Shown: one piece after another, positions 45,527 to 46,865 of the stretch
Position numbering within the stretch: the first letter of the stretch is position 1
Layout of the letters: each line of letters begins with the position of its first letter
Assembly (NCBI GenBank): GCA_031363565.1
Contig: JANLUQ010000365.1
Location: 1-46,865 of the forward strand
Source: Armatimonadota bacterium
Lineage (GTDB): Bacteria > Armatimonadota > Armatimonadia > Armatimonadales > Capsulimonadaceae
Direction of reading: 5' to 3'
DNA length: 46,865 nucleotides
Position numbers and translations under genes: made by a program
Notes under the pieces: model-generated
The model's database searches: none
What the model saw: only the letters and a program-made list of their open reading frames with translations
What the model was told of the DNA's origin: nothing

Positions 45527-45678
45527 AACGAGCAGTGCACGCTCGCAAGTCTCATCCACGCGCTATCCCTTGATGCATAGAAGCTGAGACAGTACCGAGA
45601 TACTTATAAGCATAAAGCCCGTAAGAAAAAGTCATCAAAAGAAAGCCTTAAATTTAAGAGTCCTGAGAAAGAAAGCTT

Positions 45679-46865
45679 ATGTTAAACTCACCGCATCCCA
45701 GCGCCCCCGCCATCCAGCGGAGGCGTCGGTTCCTAGCCTCACTCCTGGTCCTGCCAGGCGTGTTCTGCCTGGCCTCCTCGGCGTTTGCCGCGACCCTGAC
45801 CGTCACCAATGCCAATGACGGCGGGGCCGGTTCGCTGCGCGGTGCCCTGGCGGCGGCCGCCGCCGGCGACACCATCACCTTCGATGCAGGTGCTTTCCCG
45901 CCATCCGGCAGCACCGTGATCACCTTGGCGACAGGCCAGCTCGCCATCAGCCAGAACCTGACGGTTCAGGGTCCGGGCGCAGGGGCCGTCACCGTCAGCG
46001 GCGGTCAGGGGGCCAGTCGGGTCTTCTCGGTCGCGGCCGGCATTACCGCCGGCCTTTCCGGCCTGACCATCGCCAACGGGGGCGCGGGCAGTCAGTTCGG
46101 CGGCGCGATCAGCAACGGCGGCACCTTGACACTGACAAAATGCAGCCTCGGAAACAACTCCGCCTACTTCGGCGGGGGCATCTATAACACCGGGACACTG
46201 ACCGTAACCGGATGTACCCTCACTGGCAACAACGGAGTCAGCGGCGGCGCGATCTATTCCAGCGGCGGCACTTTGACACTGACCAACAGCACACTCAGCG
46301 GCAACACCGCGAGCGACGGCAATGGCGGCGGCAACGGCGGCGGCATTGACAGCTCGACGGCGACCGTGACGCTGACGGGCTGCACCCTTAACGGGAACTC
46401 GGCAGGGAGCGGCGGCGGTATCAGCCGCATCGGCGGCAGCATGACAGTCACGAACTGCACGTTCAGCGGCAACGCCACCCTGAGCGGCGGATTTGGGGCA
46501 GGCATCTACAACACTGGGAGCGGCGGGAGCGGCCTTGTGCTGACCAACTGCACGCTGGCCGGTAACACGGCTTCCCAGGCAGGCAAGGGCGGCGGCATTT
46601 ACAACACGGCTGGCGCAATCATCCAGAGCTGCATCTTGAACGGTAACACTGCGCTGGGCGGCGGCCCTGACGTTTTCGGCACCATCACTTCGGGCGGCTC
46701 CAATATGATCGGCGACCCCAACGGCGTCGCCTACGGCTTCACCGGGCCGCACGATCAGGTCTATGTCAATCCCAAGTTCGATCCCAATGGGTTAAAAAAC
46801 AACGGCGGCCCCACCCAAACGATCGCGCTTCTGGCTGGCAGCCCCGCCATAAACAGCGACTACAA
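45679..46865 (+). CDS. secreted right-handed beta-helix repeat protein (CSLREA / choice-of-anchor-Q-like); runs off the right edge
   Basis: Absent from the ORF track because it has no stop. ATG 45679 gives MLNSPHPSAPAIQRRRRFLASLLVLPGVFCLASSAFA, then ATLTVTNANDGGAGSLRGAL and repeated G-G-(A/G)-I-(Y/S)-N...LT..N(C/S)T(L/F)SGN units. I read it through without finding a stop. Confidence 0.75.
   Translation, partial: MLNSPHPSAPAIQRRRRFLASLLVLPGVFCLASSAFAATLTVTNANDGGAGSLRGALAAAAAGDTITFDAGAFPPSGSTVITLATGQLAISQNLTVQGPGAGAVTVSGGQGASRVFSVAAGITAGLSGLTIANGGAGSQFGGAISNGGTLTLTKCSLGNNSAYFGGGIYNTGTLTVTGCTLTGNNGVSGGAIYSSGGTLTLTNSTLSGNTASDGNGGGNGGGIDSSTATVTLTGCTLNGNSAGSGGGISRIGGSMTVTNCTFSGNATLSGGFGAGIYNTGSGGSGLVLTNCTLAGNTASQAGKGGGIYNTAGAIIQSCILNGNTALGGGPDVFGTITSGGSNMIGDPNGVAYGFTGPHDQVYVNPKFDPNGLKNNGGPTQTIALLAGSPAINSDY

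Noticed and set aside
45739-46752. 337-aa minus-strand ORF
   Set aside because: It is an antisense shadow of the plus-strand beta-helix repeat gene. High GC keeps it open, the sequence is low-complexity and rich in A, G and R, and there is no start context.

Overview
High-GC bacterial chromosome segment, about 47 kb. Most of it is housekeeping: pepF, a UbiA-type prenyltransferase with mqnA (futalosine route), recQ, xerD, accD-accA-hisS, an hspR-like gene with rpoZ-dnaK-dnaJ-prmA-rsmE, and a DsbA/VKOR pair. There is also a Bacillus-type flagellar block: flgB-flgC, then fliE-F-G-H-I-J, an SLT lytic transglycosylase and a YlxF/MotE-like gene. Partial genes run off both edges and are absent from the ORF track: a secreted glycoside hydrolase on the left and a beta-helix repeat protein on the right.

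The most unusual locus lies between flgC and fliE. About 2.7 kb of AT-richer, mostly opposite-strand cargo splits the flagellar operon. It carries a frameshifted PIN toxin with an intact antitoxin, bracketed by a duplicated flgC 3' end. It also carries an RHS-core fragment, a glycine-zipper peptide and a small membrane protein (a polymorphic toxin/immunity layout), plus a short FlgM-like ORF behind a sigma-28-type -10 box.

A second accessory patch (11.6-13.1 kb) holds a translationally coupled pair: an unknown protein and an AbiEii-like nucleotidyltransferase. It sits next to a Ycf46-like AAA+ ATPase coupled to xerD.

Other non-coding and decay signals:
- two long MITE-like hairpin elements
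- a 4 x 11-bp tandem repeat between fliF and fliG
- several apparently leaderless genes
- several accessory pseudogenes: an FGE-like gene, a DUF167 remnant and vapC

No rRNA, tRNA or CRISPR array was recognised. All family assignments come from motif recognition by eye, not database searches.
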